Assembly (NCBI RefSeq): GCF_964204645.1
Contig: NC_134026.1
Location: 29,546,150 to 29,610,149, forward strand
DNA length: 64,000 nt
Source of the DNA: Tubulanus polymorphus
Taxonomy: Eukaryota; Animalia; Nemertea
Reading direction: 5' to 3'
In this document: one piece after another, positions 50,184 to 64,000 of the stretch
Numbering within the stretch: the stretch's first letter is position 1
How the letters are laid out: the number at the start of each line of letters is the position of its first letter
Position numbers and translations under genes: made by a program
The notes under the pieces: generated by a model
Told to the model about the DNA's origin: nothing
What the model saw: only the letters and a program-made list of their open reading frames with translations
Databases searched by the model: none

Positions 50184-53100
50184 ATGCTTAGAAATAGAAA
50201 CGAGAATATCACTTTCAATAATTGTGAAGAGTTTTCCGAGCAGTACCTGCAACAGATAGATGAATTGTACAGGCGATTTAAAAATGATCCGGAGTCACTG
50301 CATGCATTCCTGCAGCAGCAACATAGTTCGGGAAAGGTTTCTAAAAAGCGCAAAAAAACATGGATCAAGTTATTTTCACGTAAATTTAGTTCGATGAATC
50401 TTGACAAAAAGGGTTCTGCAGCTGTTGCAATGTCGTCACAAAAAGTGAAGCAAACCAAAGATGTTCAGAAACGGCCGAAAAATAGGTGTTTAGTTGCTGA
50501 CGCGGTATCCGACGGACTAGTGAAAAGTAAGATTGTTGTTGAAGCAAAGAAAACAAAAACGTTGAAGGTGAATGATGACAAGAATGATATTGATACCTTA
50601 GAGACTGCCTTGAAGAGGAATAGTGAATATAAAGAAATGCTGTATAAGTTGTTAGATGACACGGATAAGCAATGTTACAAATTAAGTGAAATTCTCTCTT
50701 CGGGACAAATGCAAAATCTACAGTCATTCCTCTTTTCTACCGAAGAGCATCAAGATTGTGAATATCATCTAAAAAAAGAGCACCTGATTATGGTTATGGG
50801 ACAAGTGAATTCGGGAAAAACAAGTTTGATAAATGAGATTCTCGGAAAAGGATATTTGCCGACATCTGAATTGCCGTGTACAGCACGAATAGTACGTATA
50901 AAGTACAATAAAGAGCCGTATGTACGTTTATTAGATAACGGAAAGTTGTTGGAAGAACAAAAACTTAATAAAAAGGTTCTACATAAGTTCATCGATTTGG
51001 AAGATGTGGAACGTAATGATTTGAGTGAAGTTAGTCATGTCGTCGAAGTTGGTTTAGATTGTGAACTACTGAGACGTGGATTACAAATAATGGATTCTCC
51101 CGGATTGAGTGAAAATGACGTATTAAATGAAAGAATTGAGATGTTGAGCAAAGAAGATTTACAACTAATGATTTATGTTATAGATGGAAACAGATCGCTC
51201 AATGAAAAAGTAAGTTATCAACAAATAGGTAAAAAATTCAGTGGAATCGCATTACAACGAACTTCAGGTGACCAGAAAATATGTTCGATATAACGAATTA
51301 TCGGTTATGACGAACTCAGAATATTGTCCCAAATAGAGCAGTTGTGATACTTTCATACTGGATAAAACACTTATTATACCTTCGTTTCTCCTTAACGGCT
51401 GGGTCATTTTGTAAACTGCGATAACTTTTTATAACTGCAAGGTCTGTTATGGTAAGCTTGATTATGATTTTAGAAAAAGTATTGTACAGAATAGATAGAT
51501 AGGTGGCCTCAACTTAAAAGTTCAGCAGAAATGAGAAACAAGGTTGCAGTTTTTTAGTCTAATAACGGATAGTTTGATATCCAATATGAAAGTATTACTA
51601 CAGTCCTATTTGGGACAAAATTCTGGGTTTGTAAAAACCGATACATCGTTATGTTTCAGTTCATTATCACAAGGTTCATTTACTACCGTATATTAAAATG
51701 ACAATTCTTCTGTATTTCAGGATCGAGTCTTTTTATTTAATGTAAAAGCCAAATCTCCGAAAATGAGAATCTTGTACGTTTGTAACAAATCCGAAGAGAA
51801 TGAATACGCGTCGTCGATGGATTGCGCTACGGATGACGAAGAAGAAAATCAAGTCAAGACCAAAAACTTTATCGATAAAGGAACATGGACGTTCGGAAAT
51901 CTGCAAAAGTTCGGACTCATCGATAAAGATCTTACGCGAGAGCAGTGCTCGGATTATTTTGCAGTTTCGTGTCACAATGTTAGGAGGGCTCGTCGAAAAA
52001 ATCAGAAAACTAAAGATACCGATAACTTCAACAAGTTCGTCAATTGCGTTGCTAAAAACTACATAAAAACAGGAAATCGACTACTAGAACACGCTGTCTG
52101 TAGATTAAATCTCATTCAAAAACGTGCATTCGATTTCTGTATCTCAGACAGATTTCTTAATTTGTCTCGGCCTCAAAGGCTGAAGGAAAATATCCAATCA
52201 GTTAAAACGCTCGGACTTAATCTGATGAGAGAATCAGTCGACGGTATGAACATGCGAGCTCGTGATCTAGCTCTGTCTATGAAACAAATGATCGAAAGCA
52301 AAGGAGGCGACCTTACCGAGAAAATCATTCACATGACATTCAGTCCAGTTTTCATCAAGAAAGAAGTTGAAAAGAATTTCTTGCTCGAAAATTGCCGGCA
52401 ACAAGTCCAAGATTTTATACTGGTTCAATTGAATTCAGACGTCGAGCAACTGTTATTTGATGAGTGGAAGAGATTTGTGGATTCAATTCTTTGTTGCATC
52501 GAGCACTTAGTTGAAACATTTCATCCGTACGAAGAATACGTACAAGATCATCTGAAGTTTTCATTTAACTCTTTACTGCAGTTTGAATTCGAAGCGATCA
52601 ACTTGGGTGAAGTTATGAATTTCGCGTACCTAGAATTCGCCGTAAAAACTTCTCGAAATTTGGAAAACGTGCGCGCGGCGTTGGTCGGCTGGCAGCTGAC
52701 TGACAAATGGAAATTACAAACCGCGAAGAATATTTTGAACGCGATCGACGTGGATAAACTCATTCAGAGATCGCACGAGAAAATGAAGAAGAGTTTGAAG
52801 GCTTGCGATAAAGAATTTCAGAACTGTTTGAACGCGCTTGAACAACTATCCAACACACGGTGTTTAGCTTTACCGAAAATGCAAGATGATTTATTGAAAC
52901 TGATGCCTATTTTCGGATTGACTATCTGTAAAACCGATGCTCTATCGCGTATTATAAAACAAGATCATCTCGAAGAAATGGGTGATTTCATCGCACAAGG
53001 TTCACGCAGTACAATTTATTCGTGTCGCAACAACGAAAATGTCATCATCAAGAAAACGAAAAATCCACAGGATTTTGCCAATGTGTACAACTTCATGAGG

Positions 53101-54291
53101 TATGTTCGATATATGAGTATAACATCAGGGTTCCAAATGTTGTTTTGTTTAAAGTCGTTTTTCAAGTGCCCTGACACTCTCTAAAACGATCCAGCCTTTC
53201 AGTCTAAACGATTACCGGTACTTTGCTTTAAGTCATAGAACCTTAAGTCTCATTTGGTGGATGTGCATTTGGGACATTAGTTTGTAGCAAACGTGTGGAA
53301 TTCCCTTCCCCACCTGCTACATACATGATATTGACTCCCAGCATTCAACGGTCATCAGCTCAACACATTGCTATTCAAGTCATCACCTGCGTCTAGAGTG
53401 CGCCTTGGTTTTTAACTATTCACGTGTTGTTTCTTATTCTCTTGTAATTATCAATTTTTCAGATTCGTAAATCACGAAGATCTGTTGAAGCCGATCGAGA
53501 CATCATTCGATTCCGAATTCGGATTGGTGCTGCTGTTACCTAGGTTACGATATACACCCGACTCGTTGGAAGCGTACAGTTTGTTCGATCTTCTGAAGGC
53601 TGGAATTCGTGAGTTTACGCTCAACGATAAAGTTGAAATATTCTATCAGCTCGTCTCCATCGTTTACGCTATGTCGGAGAAGAAATTCCGTCTCACAGAT
53701 CTCCGTCCTAATAATATTTTCATTATTAAACATGAGGTAAGTGAAATGTCTATTGCATAAAATGAGTCCGTGCTAAACCAATGATGTCATTTACGTTTAT
53801 ATCACCAGATGGCATGACAAGCACTCAGTCTTACTTTGTCAAAATTAGTTATACCTGTTATTCTCTTTTAGGAAGGAAAATTCAAAGTGAAAGTGAATAT
53901 ACTGAAAGTTATTTCTCTGGAAATTCCATATCCAGATGGCACGTTACCGTTTCACTTCGCTCCAGAGCGGTATGATTCTAGTATGTCCAGGGCTATCAAT
54001 CCGTATCACGAGGTTTACAGTCTCGGCGTGCTGCTATGGATGATGCTAAAGGGTACATTCTATCAGCCGCCGTGTTTACGTGACGCTAACCTCGCTCAAA
54101 TCAGATCGAAAGTCACGCAGTTAGCCGTAAGAGATGATATTGTTGCTAGTTTGGACGATATTTCGGGCACAAGTCGCGACATCACACAATTAAAGACTAT
54201 CGTAGTTAGCTCCGTGAACGAACCTGAAACACGAATTAGACTCGATGATTTATACTCAACGGTTGAGGAATACAGAGCACATTTAAACTAG
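50184..54291 (+). CDS. Dynamin-like GTPase, helical region and degenerate protein kinase fusion (DSTYK-like), about 1032 aa
   Basis: Exons 50184-51209, 51721-53099, 53463-53736 and 53872-54291 splice in frame (3099 nt). GTPase motifs GQVNSGKT, PCTA, DSPG, NKSE. Kinase-like motifs IAQGSRSTIY, VIIKK, LTDLRPNNI, FHFAPE, EVYSLGVLLW. Confidence 0.85.
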
Positions 54292-54357
54292 AGCTTATCA
54301 TCTGCCTTTTGATTGAAATAATTCATAGATACCTTTTTGTTTGCTTTATTATGTTCA

Positions 54358-54623
54358 CAGTGGAAGCGCGTTAAGACCTCAGATAAAATAACGATTTTTC
54401 AGATATAACAAACCTATTATTGGGATAATAGGCTATCCTGTTACATTTTTCTTCGTCTAATCATACTTATTTATCGTTCAATAATGTAACATCGTAATGA
54501 AAATAAATTTCAATTTCAATTATTTCATCCTAAATGAGATTACATTAGTAATATCATACTGACTGGATGTAACGAACTATCGGTTATAACAAGACGTAAG
54601 TTGGTTGAAATGAGGTTCCACTG
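54358..54623. mobile_element. Tc1/pogo-like MITE
   Basis: CAGTGGAAGCGCGTT ... AATGAGGTTCCACTG|TA inverted ends. Confidence 0.55.
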
Positions 54624-55882
54624 TATAAGCTTATGAATGAAAATGTTTCCTTGAGTTTTTGTTGATTCTATGCCAATGAACTGCATTGTGCCATAATGTG
54701 AATTTGAATTTATTCTCTACTTACAGAAAGTGAAATCGTATTTGATGCATGTTACAGTTTATACATCTTATGTTTTATCTAGAGTTTAATGTTAATTTGC
54801 CGATATGTATATTCGTAATACATGTATATGGATAATTGTAACTGTATTTTGTATTTGGGTATATATTACGTTTTTGAACTATTACATAATTCAGCTATAT
54901 CTGGTATTTGAAATTTATGCTGAATTATGTAATAATTCACAATTCAAATATCTATTGTTATGGGGACTTGATTGAAAATTGTTGCTTCAAAATGAAATTT
55001 ACCTGTAAATGATGTCAGAATTCATAGTTCAATATTCATTACGTATCTCATTTCTCATAGGCCTATCTCATTGATCTATTATTCGCATGCATAGGGAAAT
55101 ACTTAGCTTCAAAAAATAATTTCAAACTGCTTCACGTTTATATCTGCAGAATAAATGAATAAATTAGAAGTTTTCTTTCTGTTGTCACTTGCTTGGAATT
55201 TCATCGTTAAAACGGAACGAACAAAGGAAGAGCTACACAATGTTTCGAGCTGCTGAGGATTCTACTTAGGTTTCTTTCCTTCTTTGCGTTATGCTTCAGC
55301 TTGGGTAAATCTAACAATATCAAGGATATCAAAGAACGAACGGGTATTTGGCTTGTTCGAGTGTTTATTTGATTTTCCTCTCAAATTAACGCATATAAGT
55401 CTTATTTTCGGAGATTGCTTCCAATCGACTGAGAACCAAATCGTTTGAACAGTCAGTTTTCATTCGGGCAGAAGAATTCGCTAAGGAGCGAAATGATGCA
55501 TATTGATGTTAGTATATATAAATGGCCCCGTTTATCAATTTCACTAATACTGCACAGTTTTTTGTCGAGAGAGAATATTTTCCCAGTGCGTCTAAGGTAG
55601 GTTTAAATCGCAAAGTTTATTTTCATATGACGGGAGAAGATAGATTAGTAGGAATATTAATAAAGAGCGTTTGATATTTCAAAAAGTACATCCGCTATGA
55701 TCGGTATTCATTTTTCAAATTAATTCGGTATATGACTAGCGGTAGAAACAAAACTATAATGGAAGTTAAAAATTCCTGTACTTTTTGAAAAAGAATGATA
55801 TAAGATTATAACATAATGATATCAAAGAGTCCGAGGATTTGGGCTATTCATAAATACGTAACTATTTCAGGATTTTCGGAAA

Positions 55883-56953
55883 ATGTCTACGACTAATTCC
55901 AGTGGTTTTGATTATTACAATTACATGGATTTGTGTTTCTTCGACTACTTTCCAATGGACTTCTTATTGCGATTGAGATGGTTTTATCGACACTCGAGAC
56001 TCTATTTCTGGCTACCACTCGGTGTCATCAGTAACATGTTAGCAGTAGCTGGAAGTTTCGAAAGGGCCAGGCGAAGTTCCGCTCATTTGTTCATGTTCGT
56101 TCTGGCTTGGGCCGATATTACAGTACTAATGAACAGAACCATATTTCACGATATCCTACAAGTAAGATTGCGGTACCAGTTCAGTCAGATCGGTTGTAAA
56201 ATAGAAGGATTTGTAGATAGGTTAGCATTTCCTCTATCGTCGTGGCTTTTGGTTCTGATGACGGTAGATCGTACAGTAGCTATTACTCGACCGCTCAGCG
56301 CTCATCGACTGTGTACGGCCAAACGCGCTTTCATACAAATTATTACTTTGGTTTCAGCGTTGCTTATATTTAACTTATCTTCAACTGTTTGGCTTTATAA
56401 AGCGACGAAGCATATATTTTGGATAAACTGCATACCAAAATCAGAATCGAAAGTACTAGTCGACGCCTACGAGGCAATTGTTAGAAGTCTCGAATCATAT
56501 TTACCATTTTTGTTGATAACGGTTTTGAATGGTATTATGGCCACTTCGGTTCGTAGGGCCATGAAAATTCAAGCCGAAATGACCGGCGCCAAAAAAACCA
56601 ATCAAGCCGGCAATAGAGTGACGGTTATGGTCGTTATAGTTTCCGTTTCTTTTCTGTTATTAATGGGTCCTTTTAGTTTATCATACATTCTATTTACTGT
56701 TGGCTTTGACAGTTCAAATGACGCGATTAATTACTATCTGAGCCATTGCGACGGACCGGGTCCCATATTCACCGTGTTGAAACATATCGCCGAATCGATG
56801 GTTGATTTGAATTATGTAATAAACGGATACATCTACGTGGCCACTAGTTCCCAGTTTCGCTCGGATATTGCTCGAGTTTTTTGTTCAGGAGGAATCGTCA
56901 AACTCAAAGAGTCAATTGGTGGATCATCTAAGAGTAATGATGGAAACCTGTAG
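55883..56953 (+). CDS. Intronless class A (rhodopsin-like) GPCR, peptide- or chemoreceptor-type orphan
   Basis: 356 aa with 7 hydrophobic segments, N-terminal NSS sequon, TM2 LAWAD, TM3 Cys and MTVDRTVAI, TM5 YLPF, TM7 LNYVINGYIY. Confidence 0.9.
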   Translation: MSTTNSSGFDYYNYMDLCFFDYFPMDFLLRLRWFYRHSRLYFWLPLGVISNMLAVAGSFERARRSSAHLFMFVLAWADITVLMNRTIFHDILQVRLRYQFSQIGCKIEGFVDRLAFPLSSWLLVLMTVDRTVAITRPLSAHRLCTAKRAFIQIITLVSALLIFNLSSTVWLYKATKHIFWINCIPKSESKVLVDAYEAIVRSLESYLPFLLITVLNGIMATSVRRAMKIQAEMTGAKKTNQAGNRVTVMVVIVSVSFLLLMGPFSLSYILFTVGFDSSNDAINYYLSHCDGPGPIFTVLKHIAESMVDLNYVINGYIYVATSSQFRSDIARVFCSGGIVKLKESIGGSSKSNDGNL

Positions 56954-57447
56954 CATGGGTTCCAGATCACTTAATACCCGAATCTGGAACTCGTTCTGGG
57001 GCTCGTTCTGGGACAACGGCCACGTTTTGCACTTTATTTCCTTACGACTTTCAAAGTGTCGCCGTATCAATAAAAAACATGTTAGAAGTTAAAGTTTACG
57101 TTTATTTGATATAATTTAATTCTATATGTTGTGGTAACATTGATGGATAATGTACTAACGCATGCTAAAAAATATATAAATGACATGTTTGATCAAGTTT
57201 CATGTTTGTAAGTTTCTCGCAGTGTTGTATTGGTTTTAACTGTTGCGCTGTAATTGGATGCTGGAGTGACCGGGATGCGGTAAGATTCTGCTGCAGGGAA
57301 TTCGCTACCTCCCTGTTGCACATCGCGTAGCGCGCAACAGGATAACAGATATCAACAGTTGACAATTTCAGTCGAGAAAAGCTTGCAACAATTTACAGAC
57401 GGAAGCTTTCATCTTTTCTAGAAAAATTATTTTGATAGTGATAGAAA

Positions 57448-60400
57448 ATGTCATCAAGTCCGATCGGTATTTTGTGGACGATTTTGTCAATTATGGTTGC
57501 GGGCATCTGTTCGTTTGCGTTTATGCAGCCGTATTGGATACTGGAACCTGATAAATTAAACTGTTTCGGGGTACTGAACTATTGCGTTAAAGATCCTCGT
57601 TCACAGGACAAAGTGAGACAATTTTGTGGTTTTTACGGAGGTGTTTTTAACTATTTTTCTATACCGAGCACGTCTTGGAAAGCTACATGCGCATTGTTTG
57701 GAGGGGGTATCGCGCTCATGGGTTTAAGTTGTTTATTCTGTTTCTTCATGAATGTTGCTCCGAAAGCGCACGTCCGAAGACTGTCACTTATCAGTGGAAA
57801 CATACAAGTTTTAGCAGGTAAGACTAAAAAAACAACTCATTTTACAATCAAACAATTGAAACATTTTTAATCATTCATCGCGATTTGAGATTTCAAAGTA
57901 AAGAAAGACTCGATCAAACTAATAAGCAGTATCGTCATGACGACACAACACGGCATAAACGAATTATCCTTCGCCGATTTATGTTTTGTAAACTGTTTTT
58001 TATTTTGAAAATCTTCCCGCCGCGACAAATCAACGTTATCCGTGCTGGGTGAATACATCCTCATCACAGCGTCTACGTATGATGATATTGGATTTGCGTG
58101 ATTTAAAACACAAAAACAATTTGCTGATCGACATAGAATTCCGAGTGGACACAAAAACTGCACAAAAAGTTCACCCGACTGCCATAAATCAAAGGCTGAA
58201 AATAAGATTACAGTTGTTTATAACAGCTCCTCCTTCTCACACTTGGATTGATAATGGGCAGTGATAAATGCGAAATGGGAGAATCTATCTAATTAAAAAT
58301 ACAACATGCGACAAAGTGACGTCATGACCCTTATGTTACTCAATACACTGATCGAATGTAGATGTTAATGACTGGGTTATCAGTACAGAGGATTAGCCGC
58401 TAATCTGATGTCTGCAACTATCAACTTTTCAAGCTGCTGATGGCCCTGCACGCCTTCTGAGTCTAAATATGAAACGTACGACCAGTTCGAAATGAATTTT
58501 CTTTTTTTTCCCAGTTGGTATTTCTTCATTAATCGATCTTCCCGACTATTTTCATGCGCTTTTTTCAATATTTAACTAAAACAGTTTTTGTCCCCTTTTG
58601 AAATGGATAAACTGATGATTTACAGCGATAGACTCGCGTTTCAGACTCATTCAACCATTGGCGCCATGCTTGGCTGATTTAATCGTCCTATGCGACAGAT
58701 AAATGCTCAGTGATTACACAGATTTTGACAGATTACTCAGTCTTATCTGTGCCGGAATTTACCAGTCTTGGACAAGATTAATCGAAGAGATCTCAGCCCC
58801 TTGCCTGTCAGGGGTGGTGCCATTATACGTGCTTAGATTAATACCATTGACCAACGACCGTATTTCTCATTATGCATCCAACAATAAAATATATTTATAG
58901 AATTTATACACATATTGTCACAAATAACACACTTAGAATGTATGTTAATTACTAATGCATTAGTTGGTATTCTACACGTGTTTTTGTGGTGGTAGTTTTT
59001 ATTTGTAGGTGGTAGAGTTCTAATCAGCCGCGATTACCGGATGTTACGAAAGGTTTCGCGTCAAATTAGCTTTTACTACATCGCCATACCATTATACGTC
59101 CCTACGTCCCTAAGCCCGAGTAAAAAATCTGATCAACCATTCAGTACGTGCAATAGCCAATCTCTGCTAATACCTGTCATAAAAATCACAGCAAATAACA
59201 ACGGGAGATAATGACTGTTAAGAAAAAAGTAAACGAACGGGATGTGTTATTAGTTTTTCGAATTTTCTTTCCGATGACGACGTCGTCACTCTGATTTTTG
59301 AGTTATTCTTACAATCTGAACTTAGCGACTTCTACTGAAGATGTAGGATTCCGTATTAATCATCAGTCAGAGCTCAACATGTGAGGAGGGAAGAGAGATC
59401 TGATGAGATCGATGTGTCTCGCTATCCTCTCTTTCTACTCACTTCTCCTCTGGGATCAGTTCCTTTTGATGCCACCTGATGATTATATTGATTGATAATG
59501 TCGATATATTTTACCTAATTTAACATGTGACTCATGCGCTCTTGAATATCTGAGTCCATCCAACGCGACGTATTGAAATTCTGATGTCACTTTAAGGATT
59601 TACTGAAACATTTTTAATTAATGATATAGTCCTGGGAATAGAAAATTAATCCTGCGAGAAATTACATGTCATCGTTGTATGTATGACTTTTTAGACTAAC
59701 ATCTCATCGGATCGATAGAATTTCAAGACATTTTTGCTAGTAAAAGGTTGTGATAATCCATCCCACCTATGATTCAACAATGGGCGGGATCTGGGCCTGT
59801 CCGAAATACGACAACCAAGAACAATACATTAATTCTTTTTACATTCAGGATGTTCAAATCACCAAAACTAGATTTTATGAGAGGATTTTATATTTTTGCC
59901 TCTGCGACTTGAAGAATATACGTAAATGATTACGAAAATATCAGATAGATTTTATGAACTGTTGGTAACTAATCAACTACAGGAAAGACTGTTCATTCTC
60001 TCGACTTTATTGATAACATATGTGACCGATTCAGAAGCGCGAAGTAAGTGATATATCCAAGTGTTAATGAGATGTTAGGGTGGAACCTATCACGACGAGA
60101 TGCGTCGACTGTGGTCAGTTTGCGATGACTTTATTGACGATCGACTGTAACTTACTGATGACTCACATTTCTCGTCTGTTTGTCTGATTAACTGTTATTA
60201 ATATCATAAATCATTGTGTGAGTGTCAAACCACGTCGTATCCTCAGAGATTTCTCCGTCGTCCGTTTATTTGACTAAAAGATCCATTTGATGCCAAACAC
60301 CAAAAGAGTGGCAGGTATTCATCACGCCATAAACCATCATGAAAAACTTTGTTTGACCTTATCGTTCTTGAAAATAATTTTCTTTATGAATATTAGTAAA

Positions 60401-63180
60401 TTCTCGTTGGCAAAGACGTATTTTTCGAATATAATTATTGGAACAATTAAAACTTAGAATAAGCAAAATGTTGGAGGACAAGAATTTAGTCGAGTTCGTA
60501 TAAAAACCTCGATAAATTAGCATCGTACGATCATGAGGTGATCGTGAGGTGATCGTACTATCTCACTCGATTTGAAATGCAAAAATTGACATGCGAATGT
60601 TGTCGCTGAGATGGGAGTTTGTGTAATTAACTTGTGTCCGCTATAAATCAACTGATCCGTGTAAAAGACTGATCAACTGTATAATCTAGACAGTTTCAAA
60701 CTGAGTCATTTCAAATGGTTTAATGTCCTCGCGACCCCTCCAACAGCAACTTTGCGCTGAAACGTTTCTACCACGTCATTTTACCATTAGGAATCCCTGG
60801 CGCACCATTTTTGGACGGAGTAACGGAATTTGGAGAGCCATTCATATGTAAATGTGGTTAGATTAACCGACCAATGAGCGGAAATTCAACACATGTTGCG
60901 TGAATCGTTACCCGCGCAACGATGATTCAGCACAAAGTCACCAAGTCATAAACTAATGATAAATTACTTTAAAAACCGTGAAGCCAACAGCTTGCAGGGC
61001 ACGTAATTTGTGCTTTTAAAAACCTGTCTTTGACAAGTTCTGATCACACGGCGCTATGAAATATATCTGCGTCACAAAACGCCGCGGTATGACGCGTCTC
61101 TATCGAGAGCAACAGCATCTGATGAAATTGAGTGAAAAATCGAGAAATGCCACATGAAAACATGCAAACGTTTTTTGCCGGTTTCAGCTGAAATAACGAA
61201 GCTTAATCGCGAAAATAAAGAGCGATGCTTGTTGCGCATAAGCGAGAATTCGTTTGAAGTTAGAATTAGTTTTTCGATGTTAAACCAACTAAATAATACG
61301 TATCGACCAATGAAGCACTTGCAACTACAGTAGCTGAACCAGAAACTAAATGCAATAACCATATTTATCACGCATCCCTTCCGCTTGCTCTAACTGCGCG
61401 ACTCTATTTTTTTCGATAGAACATGTTATTCAGTGTTCCCTGTACAAGAAGTACGTAATATAAACCCGAGATTGGACCTCATTTACAACACCTAGGATTA
61501 TCATCTATCAACACTTTATTATCATTATCACCATTTTTATCATCTTTTACTAGTTTATTTCCCCATGATTTTTATACCGAATAGTTTTTTTCGCTCGTTT
61601 TCAGTCTGTAGCGGAACAGCATCATTTGGGCTTTGCTGGACTCGGCTATTTTGTACATGTTCATATCAATGCCAATAAAGACTATTGTATTGTATTGAAT
61701 CGTTACATAAAACTCGACCACGAAGCGTCAAAATGTATTGTATATTTTTCATTCATGACATAGAGTTTTATTCATATGCTTTTCAAGTATAAATGCGGAT
61801 ATGCATTAATTGTATTAGAATGTATTCCGGATGCTTAGTCATTATCAGTGTTTGAGTAGTTTTTTCAACTCCATTATTTCATGAGTCATAATTTGACTAC
61901 GATCCTTGAAACAATAGAATTCTGTAATAAGCATTGTGTTACTTTTATCATATCGGTCGCATCGCGCTCGTAAAACAGTTGTGGATAACGGTTCGAAAAT
62001 ACGCTGTAGAAAGTACAGAGATATCGACACTTGTTCAACCGTACCATTTTCAGGGTTCTTCACTATCGGTGTTCGATTCTGGTTATATACAATACGACAA
62101 TATTCATCATTACTAGTTACCCGACCCCGATACTGAGTGGCAAAGAGCAATATCTCTGCGAGCATTACAGAACGCTAAACATGCCACAAATTGACTTATC
62201 GTGTTCGGCAAATACCAAACAATCTCCATCTGGCAACTAATTTCCTCGCAGTTTTTCGGTTTTATAACAGCTACACCGAAACTGACACTTTCACGTTTTA
62301 TCCACATTTTCTATCAATTGAATACTATATTGGATTAACACATAGCGCCATTGACTAATGGAATCATTCTTTATTAATTTGAAGAAATATGAACCAACAC
62401 TGGCGTACGTTCAATTTTCTTAGTTATAGTTATGTATACATTAAACTCAAACGGGTAAGATTTTGCTTCTCTTTGGCGCTAAACACCAAAACCAACAATA
62501 CAAAGGTTGCAACAAATATACGTTTACCATGATCAGACTCATGTAATGTTTATATGTAGATTGGTTCGTAATCAAAATCAAATCGGCGTAAAATTAAGTT
62601 ATCATTTGATTAACTAATCTTTCTAGTGTGCGGGTTTTTTTTTCACCTCGGGGAAATTATCATTTATCGATGACCGCAAATCTGAGGGTCAACATCTCTT
62701 TCCACAGACGGTTGGTGTACTGTTACTTCCGTTTTAATTACCGTCTGCGAGGGTAAAGTTTGGTCACGTGTCACGCGGGCCAATCGATTGATTGACAGGG
62801 GCTGAATATACATTGAATCATTACGTTTTGCCATTTGTACAACAGTTCTGACCGATTCGTGAATTTCTTCTTCATATGTACACTACAAATGAGTAAAATT
62901 TGATTAAAGAATTTATGATGCTTTCGATTCTTGTTTTGCAGTAGCGTCACTGATTACTGGATTGGTAGTATACCCACTAGGTATGAAATCGCCGTTGATA
63001 CGTCACTATTGCTACGGAGCTGACTCGTTTGATCCCGGAACCTGCCAGGTCGGATGGGGCTATATGCTCGGTATAATGGGCACTGGACTATCGATATTTT
63101 GTCCAATCATGGCCCATTATGTCGATGTGAAAGTCCACGATGAAAACCCAGTGATTGTGACTCCTGTTACTTTTGTTTAA
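57448..63180 (+). CDS. LHFPL-family tetraspan protein (2 coding exons, about 202 aa)
   Basis: Exon 57448-57817 (ILWTILS...FMQPYW...FGVLNYC...IPSTSWKAT) joins exon 62942-63180 (YPLG...YC...CQVGWGY) in phase 1. Confidence 0.85.
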
Positions 63181-63719
63181 TCCCTTCAAATATTTTCCAA
63201 CTAAAAAGAATCCGGTGTTTGTGGGTTGTATATTGAAGATTTTACCCGCAAAACCAACAAGAATTATATCGGAGAATGAATGAAGATTATTTTGGCAGAA
63301 TAATCACGGATGGCTAGGTGCAGGTATAACCCTAGGGCTAGACCAGTCATTACACATTGAATCGTCTAGTCGCAGCACTGATGTCACCACGGTACCGGTA
63401 CGTACTATTGATGCAGAATTGATCAGAGAAATTACTGATGAAAGGAACAGTATATCCCGCGGGAATGTTTTTCCTATGATCTTATTGACCGCTGTTTATT
63501 ACTGACCACATAAAACAACTATTAACATTGAACGCGTACCACGAGATTTGCCATTGAGAGCAATGGAGGACTACTCCCTAAAGGGGCATAATGGATTTCT
63601 TGATTGAAGGAACCGTGAGTCCTTATACAATTATTTATAAATGAATCACATATTCATCAAAATATCACAAATTTTCATTTTTATGATTATTTCAGTTACA
63701 ATGACCCAACCGTTTACTT

Positions 63720-63885
63720 CTATGTATATATAAATATACATATATTTATATATACACACATATATTTATATCCATCCTCCCTCTGCAGGGACTCGAACCT
63801 GATGGCATCGCTACACTCAGCCACGGCACGAACCCCTGCCATAGACGACCATGTGCGCAGTTACATGCGCACTATCCGAACGAAA
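63720..63885 (-). mobile_element. tRNA-derived SINE-like fragment with an AT-rich microsatellite tail
   Basis: B-box-like GGTTCGAGTCCC on the minus strand (63788-63799), followed by a (TA/TG)n tract. No cloverleaf. Confidence 0.4.
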
Positions 63886-64000
63886 ACTGGCGGCACCAAT
63901 CAGATTGCTCGTTGTATAATCGGTGAGGCAAATTTCGAGGAGGAACTATAAATGGGAAAACCCGGGCTAAAATAAAACGGGATTTCTGATTGGCTAAAAA

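Noticed and set aside
57818-62941. Nested gene in the 5-kb LHFPL intron (short ORFs at 61072-62307)
   Set aside because: The ORFs are short, overlap on both strands, and lack recognisable motifs or a consistent exon chain.

Overview
AT-rich, intron-containing DNA from an invertebrate animal, probably a marine lophotrochozoan-type genome (the taxon is an inference). Genes in order: GPN1 (-, runs off the left edge), STK36/Fused (+), a multi-repeat stathmin (-), RTEL1 (+, head-to-head with the stathmin), UBE2L3 (-), two tandem GRB2/Drk-derived genes encoding only SH3-SH2 (-), a ~1030-aa dynamin-like GTPase fused to a degenerate kinase (DSTYK-like, +), an intronless class A GPCR (+) and an LHFPL tetraspan gene (+). 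The most striking structure is a 9.6-kb foldback-type DNA element (3086-12719, 8-bp TSD AGTTTTTC) inserted between the divergent GPN1 and STK36 starts. Its arms are mirror-image arrays of a 64-bp unit, and its core has no transposase but holds several smaller TIR elements and possible relic exons. There are also many MITEs, a 57-bp minisatellite, a degenerate hammerhead-like motif and a tRNA-derived SINE-like piece. Gene models were spliced by eye from GT/AG sites and protein motifs; no database searches were run.
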